Source: Podarcis melisellensis (taxonomy: Eukaryota). Taken from it: 64,000 nucleotides of DNA. The notes beneath the pieces are model-generated. The model saw nothing but the letters and a program-made list of their open reading frames with translations. It was not told the DNA's origin and did not search any database. Of this stretch, positions 1-12,515 are shown piece by piece. A program made the position numbers and the translations under genes. The first letter of the stretch is position 1, and each line of letters starts with the position of its first letter. The stretch lies in NCBI GenBank assembly GCA_964234715.1, contig OZ174286.1; one strand, given 5' to 3'.

Positions 1-105
1 TCTGTAAGATAATATTGGCCTACATTACAGGGTTTTTGCAAGAATTACTAAGATATTCAATGTAAAACATGTTCAACACTCACTGTAGAAATGGCAAGTG
101 TGAAT
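1..105 (+). mobile_element. MIR/CORE-type SINE 3' fragment (truncated by window edge)
   Basis: tctgtaa..ataata..cctacattacaggg..gcaagaatta..gat..atgtaaaaca resembles the CORE and tail of MIR/Squam3. Confidence 0.45.
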
Positions 106-1516
106 TTATATTTGCTTATGGTTTCTGAGTGCCTAAATGGTTAATTGTGGTAGTATATACTAATTCTTGCACTTCTCTCTAATGCGAAGTGGCAGCTATT
201 CACTTTTATAGAAGGCATCACAGGGATTTATTCAGAGACATGGCTGGAGTAAAGATGATATCTCATCCTCACCTTGATTACCCTATTTACTAAGGGGAGG
301 CAGTTAGAGCTGCCCCCATCAGTCTTGCTGGCTGCAGCCTCATTATTTCATCCACAGAAGTCGCAGAGAAATGAACCAGCCTTTCTTTGCCTATTCACAC
401 TCTTTGCTTGCTTTCTTGCAAGATGCTCAAGTGTAATAGATGCTGGGACCAGGCTTTTCAGTCTGCTTCCATGACACAGTATCTGTACCGACAATGAATG
501 CAGAAGCTAAATGCTGTGAGCATGCTCATTAGACATTAGTAGAGAGAAACACGGGTTTGGGAAGGATAGAGAAAAATGAACAAAGTGGCTCAGTCAGCTC
601 CACAGATTTGCAACACTAAAGCTGTTTACCCTTGGTGGGGGACAGAAGGAGGTCTGAAGAGTGAGAAAGCTGGTCTGGATGTTGCTACCTGGGCAGGAGG
701 CTTGAAGGCCAGGAACTGACAAATGAAGATTGCTAGGCAGGATTACCCCACCTGTTATCAAATTAGGGAATACCATATGTATAAGCAATGAAGTTTATTT
801 ACGTCAGTAGGCGATAATGGGACACGTGATACTGCCTGACACAGTAAGAGAAGCTTGCAGGTTGGGTTCCACAATGCTAGGAACAAGCAGATTCTGTTCT
901 CTCACTGGCTGCAAACTGTCTTTTCCTTTACTCTATATCGAACAGGAACACCAGTGCTAGCACTGAGTCAAAGAAGTTCTTTGATTTCCCTTGAATTGGC
1001 ATGGAGTTCAACTTCCTAGCCTCAAAGAAGCTCATCAAACATTGATCACATTACTTTAGGAGCTTCCTTCCCCAAGAAAGCCTCAGGATCTCAGCCTCCT
1101 GCTAGGTAGCAAAGATTTCTCTGCCTTAACAGGTGAGACAGAAGTAGCAGACTGTATAAGCGAAAATATTACAATTGACTCATGACAAAAGCATTTGAAA
1201 GACTTCAAAGCTGCGATAGTTTCTAAGTCTACAGACTTCACGGAACTCAGCTTTAACTACAACCTGTAGTTTTAATATATTTTTTAACCATGTATCTTCT
1301 TCCTTTTCTGTCTATAGATATGCAAATGAGGATAGGGCTCCCATATCTTTATAGCAGCATAGAAGAGGGAGATTTAATAGAGGCACCTTGTCTCGAGAAA
1401 TGCTGAAATTTACTCTTTTATGCGGCTGTTAAAAGGCACAGGTCTGTCTCCTCTGAATCAGCTACCCTGCCTCTTCCTCTCTCTTACTTAACACACCTCA
1501 AACAAACAAACAAACA

Positions 1517-1865
1517 GGGATGTGGGTGGTGCTGTGGGTTAAACCACAGAACCTATGGCTTGCCGATTAGAAGGTCAGCGGTTTGAATCCCCACAATGGG
1601 GTGAGCTCCCGTTGCTCAGTCCCTGCTCCTGCCAACCTAGCAGTTACAAAGCACGTCAAAGTCAAGTAGATAAATAGGTACCACTCCGTCAGGAAGGTAA
1701 ACGGCGTTTCCGTGCGCTGCTCTGGTTCGCCAAAAGCGGCTTAGTCATGCTGGCCACATGACTCAGAAGCTGTACACCGGCTCCGTCAGCCAATAAAGCG
1801 AGATGAGCGGCGCAACCCAGAGTCATCCACGACTGGACCTAATGGTCAGGGGTCCCTTTACCTTT
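1517..1865 (+). mobile_element. Sauria SINE (Squam1), full length
   Basis: tRNA-like head (ggtggtgctgtgg..ggtttgaatccc), Sauria body (gcttgccg, caagtagataaataggtacc), (ACCTTT) tail; TSD aaacaaaca at 1508-1516 and 1866-1874. Confidence 0.92.
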
Positions 1866-1990
1866 AAACAAACAAAAATGGTGGCAGTGGTGTCATTGTC
1901 CATATGGCAACCCATTTGGCTCAGGCCATGGCCTGCTTTTGGGTCCTGATGCACTAGCTGAAGACCAACTGTTTAAGGGACACAGTCATT

Positions 1991-2183
1991 GGGGAGGCCC
2001 TTTACTCAGTGGTAGCACTTCTACTTTGCATGCAAAAGGTCCCTGCATTCAATGATATCTCCAGGTGGGGCTGGAAAAGACACCCCTCTGAAACCCGACA
2101 GAGAACCTGGCAGTCAGTGTGCACAATACTGAGCTAGAAGGACCAATGGTATGACCTGGCAAAAGGCAGCTTCCTGTGTTCTA
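1991..2183 (+). mobile_element. tRNA-derived SINE with CR1-type tail (Squam2-like)
   Basis: ctcagtggtag..ctttgcatgca head; 3' gaccaatgg..aggcagcttcctgtgttcta; about 190 bp; similar copies at 17609, 22240, 25139 and 60569. Confidence 0.7.
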
Positions 2184-3744
2184 ACAAGCATATGAGCCCT
2201 TCCAAATCTAGTCAGCTATCAGTATTTTAGTTTCTAAAAAATTATCAGACATCAGAGGAGGGAAAGCCACAAAACAAGCTACTGTTTGGTTAGCACATCG
2301 AATATGGATTAGGAAAAACATTTGCTATCGTGGCAGACTAGAACAGCAAAGCTCCTGAACAGAGAAGCAAAATTTAATTACTTATTGTCTGGAGGTCGTA
2401 TGTTGCTGACTTGCCAATAAATATCCAGGGCACACTGAGCAATTGGTTCATCCAGGCTACAGGAAGAGTATAAAACTGGCCTACTGCCTCAGTTTCCTTG
2501 TAAATGTCACCCAACACGAGTAGAGAAACTGACAAATGCTCGACTGGCTATTCCGCCTGCCTTTCTTATTCTGCTGTTGCTTGAACAGTGAACCCCGACA
2601 CAACACTCAGCTGATTAAAAAGCGCACCCTTCATTATGCAGGCTGTCTCCCTCAAGTGCAATATGGGGAAAACCTGCCACTCTGTGGCGTTTACAAGGAC
2701 ACTCACAGAAAAAGCCAATTTCCATTTGAAATTTAAGAGAGCCAGGGGTAGGGGGCAGGGGTAGTAGGTAAGAATAGTTTCTGGTTCGCAATCACTTTTA
2801 GGACCATTCTCTACAAAAGAAAATTAACATTGCACCTTAGATGTAATGCACATCCCAGTTTTCAGTAGAACTATTGGTTCTCATGTGCTCATATTTAGCT
2901 GCAAGTAATGAGAAGTGATAGAAAGGAATCAATTTCCCTTCTTTAAGGACTCAGTCCTACTTTTAAAGTATCGGAGGTATGGGGCTGAACAATGGTTTTG
3001 CAGCCCCTTTCTCTCAATTAATGCATCATGGCCGTCAAAGCAGTAGGCTAGTTAATTAGACTGAAGTGAAGAGCAGCTTGCACAGCTGACAGATCAGAGG
3101 CAACCATAACAATTCACAGAAAGCAATTCCTTTCATTTGGCCATCTGGCCAGAAACATGCCCTTAAAAGCAGCCCAGAGTCTCTTGCCTCTGATCAACAA
3201 GCGAGAAATCACCTGGAATAGGGTCATCTAAAAAGAGGCCATGCTTCAAACCCCAGGACAACTTTGATGGCGACACCTGACAGAGACAGGTCCACCATGT
3301 CACTATAGCTCTTCTGGAAAATAAACCATTTTAATTAGCCAACTCATTTGTAAAGCAATTAAATCCACTATCAGTGGACTCGCTATTACTTTGCTGAATG
3401 AGTCTTGCAACAAATAAGGACAACTTCTCCCTATTTCCGAAGGCATCGTTAATGGCACACAGGCAAATTGCTATTTTTTCACTTATTAGGTTGTTTTCTG
3501 CCTAGGTTCATTTGAGGTTTTAAAAGGATTCTTAGCTTCAAGGCATAAAACTTTTCAAGAGAAAAAATCCTTTTCATTTCCTACAATTGTACAAAGTAAC
3601 GAGGAGGCACTTAAGTTTGCGAAATGAGATGCAATGGGTTAAAAATTATTTTAATTCTCTTTGTGCAGGGGAGAGGGATTATGAGCATATTCTCAAAAGT
3701 AAATTAACTTGAAGCCATCATAATCCACCGTAAAGAAATAAACA

Positions 3745-3887
3745 ACTACCTGACGTTTAGAAGACATCGGAAGGCAGCCCTGTTTAGGAAAGTTCTTAAT
3801 GACTGATGTTTTAATGTATTTTTAATCTTTTGTTGGACCCAGAGTGGCTGGGGAAACCCAGCCAGATGGGTGGGGTATAAATAATAA

Positions 3888-3923
<36 letters not shown>
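3745..3923 (+). mobile_element. L2-type LINE 3' end with (ATT)n tail
   Basis: cccagagtggctggggaaacccagccagatgggtggggtataaataataaa followed by (att)n; same motif recurs at about 8846-8900. Confidence 0.7.
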
Positions 3924-3924
<1 letters not shown>

Positions 3925-3954
3925 GCTACTGGACATTTTTTAATTTATTAATTT

Positions 3955-3995
3955 ATTTCAACTGCGTCAGACCAACACGGCTACCTAGCTGAATT
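3955..3995 (+). mobile_element. Penelope-like element terminal fragment
   Basis: cagaccaacacggctaccta is the reverse complement of the terminus of the element at 46297 (taggtagccgtgttggtctg). Confidence 0.6.
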
Positions 3996-4020
3996 ACTAT
4001 TCTTCTTCTTCTTCTTCTTC

Positions 4021-4064
<44 letters not shown>
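3996..4064. repeat. compound (TTC)n(TTA)n microsatellite
   Basis: Directly visible. Confidence 0.95.
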
Positions 4065-4066
<2 letters not shown>

Positions 4067-4281
4067 AAAACACATTTTATGCAAACCAATGTCCTTAAGT
4101 TCACAGGCAGACAAATATAAATATGCAATTGGAAACCAGTGGAAATTTACTTCTAATTCACTGTGAACCAAACTAGACATGGGGTATTTCATGCCACTTG
4201 ACCTGGTGTGTTGTTGTTGTTGCTGCTGTTGTTGTTGCTGTTGATATTGTCTTTAAAAATAGTCAACAGGGAAGGGGAAAG

Positions 4282-4414
4282 CAGGACTGAGACCATAGCA
4301 AACATGGCTTTAACCCTTTAACCCCACTACAAATCCGGTAGCCCCCGGAAACTCATACTGGAATTGTAGTGGAGTCAAAGGGTTAAAGCCATGTTTACCA
4401 TGCTTTCAATCCTG
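4282..4414. repeat. 133-bp imperfect palindrome (probable foldback MITE)
   Basis: Left arm aaacatggctttaaccctttaaccccactacaaatccggta pairs with right arm tactggaattgtagtggagtcaaagggttaaagccatgttt; ends cagga..tcctg. Confidence 0.75.
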
Positions 4415-7400
4415 ATGGCTATCTGCAATGAGAGGAAATGAGACAAAATGGTGGAGGTGTCCGCGAAGTCACCTTCCTTAAGGACAGTACTAAACTGATA
4501 AATGAAAGTGGGGCTCTATAAAGGGATAAAACAAGGACCAAATTAGATGTGGTGCTATGCACATCATGTGGCCTTGTATACTGGCATGGTACCAAGCAAG
4601 ATCAGGACAGAATTGTGGCAGGGGCAAAACCTCTAGCATCACTACAATGCTAATCTAGCTCTGGAAAAGCTACACTTGTTGTTTTTTGTTTTTTAAATGC
4701 AAGGTTCAATGATGTGAACATCACCACTAGTTTTGCCCTTACTTACTTTTTGAAACCCATTTTCACTAACAGACTTAACGCTACTCTGAATTTGGGTGAT
4801 TTTGGGGAGACCTCCCATCATTCACCAACTTGATTATTCATGGCCCTTTTAATGCAATGTTTGTGAAGGAAAGGCCCAAGCCAAGAAACCATTGTTCTTT
4901 GAAGTGTAAGCCCATATACCACAATAACCCACCAGCACCCCTCTCATCTGCTGACATCCTATTATCTTTCTTTCGTTTTGATTTCAAAAGCTAAAAACAG
5001 CTTGGCACATGGATATGCTGGAAATGGGACACTTTCAGCCTGGCATCCTGACACAGGCTTTGTGCGTGAAAAGTCCTCACACTGTAAAATGTATCACTCT
5101 TAATTATAGCACCCAAAAACAAAGCATGAGTGCGCAAGCAATCTTGTAAAGCACTAAATCTATGTAAAAATCTATGTAAAAAAGGAGGAGCTACCAACAC
5201 ATGGTAGCAACACCTCACTTACTCTGACAGCAGCTGGTCTTCCTTTTTTCATTAGGCAAAGGAAACTGCTGCCAGAGTAATGGAGGTACAGCGGCTTGAA
5301 AACAGTTATTTCTGCAGTAAGCCAGGTTGGTTAGTCTCTAGTGGCTCTTCTGAAAAAATCTTGCAAACAATGCGCAAAAGAGTCAAAAGCAAAACATCAG
5401 TGCTGTCATGCTGCCATTATATTGTTTTTGGGATGGAAGCCCACCATTTCCCAATCTGCATGAAGAAATCTAAGATGATGGATATGCATTGTTTAAGTTG
5501 TTCCCTATCAGAGAGAATCATTGCTGAGCTTTTGCCTGCATTGCAAAGCAGTAAATAGGTTTACGGCTCTAGTAACTTTTTTACTTTACAAATAAAACAG
5601 CAGCAGCAAAACACTGGAGTTTCTGGTTTTCATTATGGACATCTATTATTCTATTCATGTGTCTTTTCAAAATGGTAACTGAATACGTTATACCAAGCTG
5701 ATGTTAAATAAATTCAAGGGTTGTGCATACCAACTTAAGCATGAGCATGTTATAACAAATTCAAGGGTGTATCTTACAATAAGCAGGAAACCCAGCAAGT
5801 TATAGCTTACATAAACTTCAGAGAGAAATTTGGGTTCGACTGAAGTCACTGGAAAATTTGGCACCAGCTTCAATGGAGTCAAGATTTTACTCACTACTTA
5901 ACCTATGAGCTCTGCAGTGTAAATATTACAGACATAACTCAGAGAACTTCAAAATGGCCCCATAAAGAAGAAGAAAGATGAACCAAGCTGGAATTCTGCC
6001 TCCTTCCTTTGATAAACTTGATTTAAGAAGTTTTTAAAGTTTTTCTTTTTAATCAGGTAGGCAGGGGAAGGTTGCATTAAAAAATAGTTCAGGGGGTAGA
6101 ATAGTTAAATTTTTAACATCTCAAGTTAATGAACAAATTCTATCATAAAGTATACATCCTTCTTGAACAGTCTGTAAGGAACATGTCTCAAGTATGCTCC
6201 ATGGTCCTGTTCCTGATAAGCAATGCTGATGGCACATTACCATCTGTCTGGAGGTTAAAAGCAGGACTGCAAACTATGATCTGAGCACACTGTACAGACA
6301 TAAACACACAAATACAGACACAATGCTGTGCCTTAGTTGACACCAAAATGTGGTGGGGGGAATATGTGATGGGAGCACATAAGCCTCCCTGAGAGTTGGC
6401 ATTCATTACATCTGTACTGGGCCATAGTGAAGAACACTACCAAGGCCCAGCAATCAGTTTGCATCTACTGTATAATAAGAATCTATCTAGCACCCAATAA
6501 ACAAAGTGTCAAATGCAATGCTACAACAAATCTTAGCAAAATATGGCAGAATAAATATTTGGTGACAGTTTAATTAGGGTAAGCAAGGCGAGAAAAAGAA
6601 AACTGCCTTCTTGCCCCATTCATTAACAAATTATTTCCAAAATTTATTTCAAATAAATATTAACTATGGAAACAGAGAACAGCAAACATGAAAGACCATT
6701 CCTCTAGGAACACTGGAGGGCAAACTGCAAGGCCCACACAGGATTTTAGGTCTAACAGGGATGTGCTTTAGCTTAATTTTATTTGGAGCTGTTTGCCATT
6801 CATCACACATTCTTGAGCCAATTAGCACCTTTAGGATTGTGTGTAAATACTTTTCAAAATGTGTTAGCAATTAACTAAAGGAAATATTCCACATAAGTAA
6901 CAGGAAAAGATTTTAGGTGAAATGGCAAATGAGAACAACACTGTCAAAGAGGATTTCTTTGTTGTTTCCTTTTGCAAGGGGGAACAATTATATGGTGAAA
7001 AAATAATCATCACATAAATATCACTTCCCATGATCTAAACAGTTTTTTCATGTCCTTCTGGCTGAATTTGTAAAAAGGAATTAGGGGGGCCTTGATATTT
7101 TTTATCCACAAACTTACACAATACCTATTATGCATGTGGGCAGAGCACTCCTGTAGAATGCAGTGCATCCCTGTATGTTTTGCACACTTGTGCGTGCACA
7201 CTGTGGAATCCCTGACCCAAGGTTCAGGAACCCTTGTTCCAAGGACTGCATCCCCTTTGGGGCAACTTTCCAGGTGCCACTTACTGGCTGTGAGTGGATC
7301 TACAGGCAGAAGCAGACAGCAGTGAAATACCTTTGTACAGTAGGCTAGTTTCTACAAACACTCCCATACCCCTTTCTATCCTCCATCCAGGCAACACAAG

Positions 7401-8824
7401 GTATTATCAAAATTCAAGGGCTTGTTCTAGCCAGGCAAAAATACTCAATGAGGATGAAAATTTGGACTAAGGAGAAGTGTGGCCTGATGAAAGTCTCAAA
7501 GGTGAGATAGAGCTAACTGGAGGACTGCTTTCAATTTCTAGACCTGAAGTTCCTGACCCCTCCTCTGGGCCACAGAGCTCTAGGCAGGGATGGCTAGTTT
7601 TCTTCCTGCAGCAGCAGCAGCACCATCATGTACACATTTCCCTGTAAATTGGAGGACATCATTGGGGTATTGGGTGAAACTATTTCCCAACTCTAGCAAA
7701 CTCACTCACTGAGAAACTAAGCCTATTCCTACTTGAAGATCATTTCCTTGATTATACTAGTGAGTGATGGAATACTGATATCTATACATATAACTCTTGC
7801 AAATAATTAAATTGCACTGAGAGAAAAATGACAATCCCTATCTTCTCAAAAAGTATTATAATCCCATTTTAGCTATTAACATGGGCTTACGCCAGCATAC
7901 CAATGCTGGAAAAACAAGTCACACCTTTTAATATAACACCTTTGGTAAAACAGCAGGAGGTGTTTCTCCTTACCTGTTTGGTCAGTAATGTGCTGAAATT
8001 AGGTTTTAAAGCTGATTAATTAAATTGTAAGTAAGCTATCAGGGCCAACTTAGAAAGTGTCTGCACTGCTAAACAGAGGAGACATATTAGATTGTGAAAA
8101 TGCAGGAGATTAGACAGCTTTCCACTTCTGTGCTTGAAAGTTTGAGATAGGTCTCTTGAATTTGTCTAGAAGTGATTATTCGGCAGTGAGGGCGTAATAA
8201 CCCTGTGAGCTATCAGAAAAGTATAAAACAGCATTTTTAAGCGCCTTCTTATGACCATAACAGAGGAAATGGAAACCCTCTATACTTAATTGTTTACTAT
8301 ATGCTTCATAGAAATGCTAAGAAGCCTCATCAGACTTTTGTACAAACTCCAGAGTGAGCCAACAAACTTGAGCAATGAAAGGTTAACAGATACAGTTGTC
8401 TACAGAATGCTGACTTATACAAACAGAGATGACCATGGCTCCAAATGTCTACCACTTAGCCTAGCAGCCTTTGGTCTTTCAAATGTCTTTCAAAGCCCAC
8501 CTTCAACCTAAACATTTGAAGAACCACATCTTATCACCTTGCATCTGCATGGTGGCTGTGGGTCCTGATCCACCACCAGCTGAAGACCACTGATACCCAA
8601 ATTAGGTTGCCATAAGCCATTCTTTTATTCCATCTGTCTCTTCTTCCCCAGATTATGTTACTGCAACATTCCTTTACTGCAAGAAATAATATTACATGGA
8701 CAATTCCCTGGTTCTAGGTAACCCCATTTGTCCACCTCACCCGGGATTGCCAGCTGAGAGTAACAGTGGTTATTCAGGCAGAAGTCAAATCCTATCACCT
8801 CTACCATCAAACCTCTATTGTTCG

Positions 8825-8945
8825 ATGTTTTAATTTGTTGGAAGGCCCAGAATGGCTGGAGCAACCCAATCAGATGGGCAACATATAAATAATAAATTCT
8901 TATTATACCAGGGGATGAACCTGGGACTCCCTGCATGCAATGCAG
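8825..8945. mobile_element. L2-type 3' end (+) joined to an inverted tRNA-SINE head fragment (-)
   Basis: cccagaatggctggagcaacccaatcagatgggc..ataaataataaa followed by ccaggggatgaacctgggactccctgcatgcaa. Confidence 0.55.
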
Positions 8946-9049
8946 CTACTGTAGTCATCAGCTATCTGTGTTCACCTATGCAATGTGTGAAGTGCCCCTA
9001 ATATTGTTATCCATCCATGTCGATGGTACTTACCTTTAAAGTCCTATAT

Positions 9050-9187
9050 CAGAAATGGGCTAAATGTAGTCCGCCAAATGTTGCTAGAGTGCAATTCTCA
9101 TCAGACCCAGGAAACATGGCCAATGGTCAGGGCTAGAAGGAGTTATTGTTCAACACCATCTGAAGAGGTAAAATGCTGGTCCCTCTG
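9050..9187. mobile_element. short palindromic hAT(Charlie)-like MITE, family A
   Basis: ccaaatgttg..caattctcatca..ggagtt..caacaccatctg foldback; CAG..CTG ends; 8-bp flanks tcctatat/ccctacat. Confidence 0.6.
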
Positions 9188-10659
9188 CCCTACATGGTCT
9201 GGGAGCCATGTATCTATCTGAAAAGCTGCCCTTCCCTAACACAGTTGTGCAGACACATTGATATCATCCTCAGATATCAGGTGATGCTGACTTCCAAGGG
9301 TTAGGTGGGTGGCAACCAAATAAAGGGGCTTTTAAGTGGTGGTAAATAATTTTAGATGAAATTCTTAGTCAGAACTGTATTTGTTCCTTAGTTTTATCCC
9401 TAGATTTCCATTGTTAGTCATACTCAGAAGTCCATTAATTTCAATGGGTCTGCTCTTGAGAATAACAAACAGTAAATAATATCACCTGCAGTTTTTAGCT
9501 TGGTTGCTTTTGTTGGTTGCTTTCCTTTTTAACATTGTATTGCTAACTGTGCAAATTCCTTTCACACTTCTACACACTGCTCTGGAAACTTCTGGTGAAG
9601 GGTAGTTAGGAAATCTTTTAAATAAATCAACCTCCTGAACTAATATAATATAATTATAAGAGTTGCATCCAACTAACTTCTGCTAACTAAAATTACTGAA
9701 CCTCCGTTACTTATGTCCCTTAATTTAAATGGCTTGACTCTTGAGTATGACTAGCACTGGATTCAATCCATATATACCAATAAAATGATTACAGGATTTA
9801 TCTAAGGCAACTGGACTTTTTAGTTTTACTTCTACCATTAAAGTCACACTTCAAGACAGAAGAGCTTTGCATTTCTCAAAATAGAAAAAAGATGAACCTA
9901 CCATGTCAAATTAACTCTAGCCTACCATGTCAAATTAATCCTTGCTTTAAGAAAACATCTTCACCTATCCCTTGCAGTCAGTTATATTGTACTAAAATAC
10001 CAATTTTGATAACAGAATCAAAATAAGTAGAGAAGATAATCGTGTTGAAGAGAAAGAAAAAGGAGGGAAAGCTGTTCTATGTAAGGTTCACAGTAACAAC
10101 TGTAATTCTCTATTTTATCTTTCTTTGCTTGATTGGGAGACTGACAACTTTATTTGAGGTTAAGTCTCTGCAGTTACGACATCAATAAAATCAAGGTCCA
10201 TTAGCGTGCATAATTACAGCAGAATGTTTTATTAAACCAGTAATTCCTTGGCTTTTCGACAGAAAAAGAGAGAAAACGTTAATTTAGGGAGCTGCACAAT
10301 ATACAAAGCCTGAAATCCACAACAATTAAACACCAAAAATATGATGAGGCTCTTAAGTGCCAAGTTATCTTTCCACCCAGGAGAGCAGAGGTATCCAACA
10401 GTGCCTTTTGTGCTAGCAGAAAGGAGAACATATTGGCAAAGAAGCCACAATTATACACAATATACAGAGGAGCACGCCAGGGAAGCAAATAGCATGTATG
10501 GGAAGTATATAATTTAGGGTTTAGGGAGGATTCAAAAGACTAGCTGTGAACATAAACATAGCAGCATGCAAACTTCCAACTTGAATTTTAAGCAGTCCCA
10601 CTTGTTGTTTCAGCAAATAATCTATTCATCAATCCTACATTTCTGATAATACGACTGAT

Positions 10660-11214
10660 TAGGGCTGAGTGATATATCGTCCAAAACTGGTTTGAAGCTC
10701 ACATCATTATAATTGTTTCATAATATTTGAGCTGGTAATATATTGCAAATCACCATGTGTATAAGGGCTAGGCAATATCTGGTTTTCAACATCACAATAA
10801 TTCACCAGCTAAACACTGCATTGTAATCACCAGCTAAAACTCACAATATTACCAGCTAAACATTGAAATGTTATCACCAGCTAAAGCTCACAATATCACC
10901 AGCTAAACACTGCAATCTACCACAATGTCTGAAATAAGGGTGGAACTATACAGAGGCCAACAGAACAATGTCCTGGCAACTGCTACTACTTAGGGGTCTA
11001 GAATGGATAAATGCTGCTGAAAGTGATCATGGGGTGATTGATAATATCATCATTTATCAGTCTAGATCCTTAAGTAATAGCAGTTGCCAGGACATTGTCC
11101 TGTTCGCCTCTGCTTCGTTCCTTCCTTATTTCAGATATTGTGATATATTGGTATATCGCGATGTTTAGCCAGTGATATATTGCAATATTGAAAACTAGTT
11201 ATCACCCTGCCCTA
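10660..11214. mobile_element. non-autonomous hAT DNA transposon
   Basis: TIRs tagggctgagtgata / tatcaccctgcccta; 8-bp TSD cgactgat (10652-10659) / caactgat (11215-11222); internal tandem accagctaaa units. Confidence 0.8.
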
Positions 11215-11282
11215 CAACTGATAACACAAAACTGGCTTGTTGATTCAGCTCACAGTCATGAACTTAACAAGCTTGTGCAGGA

Positions 11283-11402
11283 GCATAAGATAGCTCAATG
11301 GCCTATCTAGTCCAGCATCATGTTCTTACAGTGGCCAAGCAGATGCCTGCAAGAAACACGAAAGCAGGACCCAAACACAAGAGCATCCTCCCCTCGCACC
11401 AT
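11283..11402 (-). mobile_element. CR1-type LINE 3' UTR fragment
   Basis: cataag..ggcctatctagtccagcatc..cagtggcc..agatgcct..aagcaggacc; homologous to the 35455 and 49283 copies. Confidence 0.65.
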
Positions 11403-12399
11403 TTCCAGCAACTGGTACCTCTGACTGTGGAGGCAGAACATAGTCATCATGGTAAGTAGCTCTCTGCACTAATGCAACACCTTGAAAACCTAACGGAGGG
11501 GGCGCTGGGGAGGATTTACAGGGAACAATCAGCAGCTAGAAGGGTTATGGACCTAAATTCACCAACTGTCTCTTTAAAATGCCGCCTATCCATACATATG
11601 GGTTACATCAGCAAACACAGTTTGCCACGCTAAAATGTAGCTCTGCCCTAAAATGATTGGGGAAAACCATCACACTAAAAAGAGCTGTATCAAGAACTAT
11701 ATCATTTGAAATAGTGTTTCAAATATACATCATCAATATAGGGGACCATTTGACCTACGTCAATTCAGTCTTAATGTCACAGTTCGAAGTTCTGCTGAAA
11801 ATTAGAGGATAGGGATGTCCCAATATATCATAACATAGCACTTATAGAATACGAAAACGTGAAAACCGTATGGCTGTAAAAGTAGTGGTTAAATTCCTCT
11901 TCTACAAAATCTCATTGTATTCTGCCAAAAACAATACAGAGCCTAGCTGAAAGGGAGCAGGAGGGAATAGCTTAGCGCAAAATCCAGTCCTCCAGTGTGT
12001 TTGTGTCAAGACCAGAATAAAGGGAAGGTTAGCTTTTGACAGAGCTTCCAAAAGTTCTGTTATCTGGCTTCTTCCCATAAGGCATCTTTTCCAGAGTTCA
12101 CTCTGAGTCCAATAGCAGCTAACAGTAAAGCTACAACTTTGAGATATGTAGCAAAAGCACTGCAGAGTGGGTGGGATGGTTTTATACCTGTTTACACAAT
12201 GCCACAGTTTGACCTTTTCAATGTTTTAATTTTCAAGCAAGGTCCTGGCCTGAAGCACAGCTTGAACTGTGGAAAATACCCTTTTCTGATCCCTTGACCA
12301 TTCAACAAATTGCAGTTTCCACCACCCTCCTCTAAACCCAGACTACTTGCTAGCTCCTGTCTGCTAGGAAAGTGTATTTATCAAGGGCAACCTTCCACA

Positions 12400-12515
12400 A
12401 CGCATTGTCCCTAGATTTTTGTATTATTATTACAGCTCCCATCAGCCCCAGCTAGCATGACCCATGGTTAGAGATGGTGCAAGTTGTTGTTCAACAACAT
12501 CTGGCAGCACCACTC
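12400..12515. mobile_element. palindromic MITE, family A copy
   Basis: tacagctcccatcagccccagc..agttgttgttcaacaacatctgg. Confidence 0.6.

Noticed and set aside
9898-9938. Short tandem duplication cctaccatgtcaaattaa x2 (similar cases at about 5156, 42109 and 60474)
   Set aside because: Ordinary local slippage duplications
10795-10915. Short direct repeats with spacers, superficially CRISPR-like
   Set aside because: Spacers resemble each other, the array lies inside a TIR/TSD-bounded hAT element, and the DNA is vertebrate
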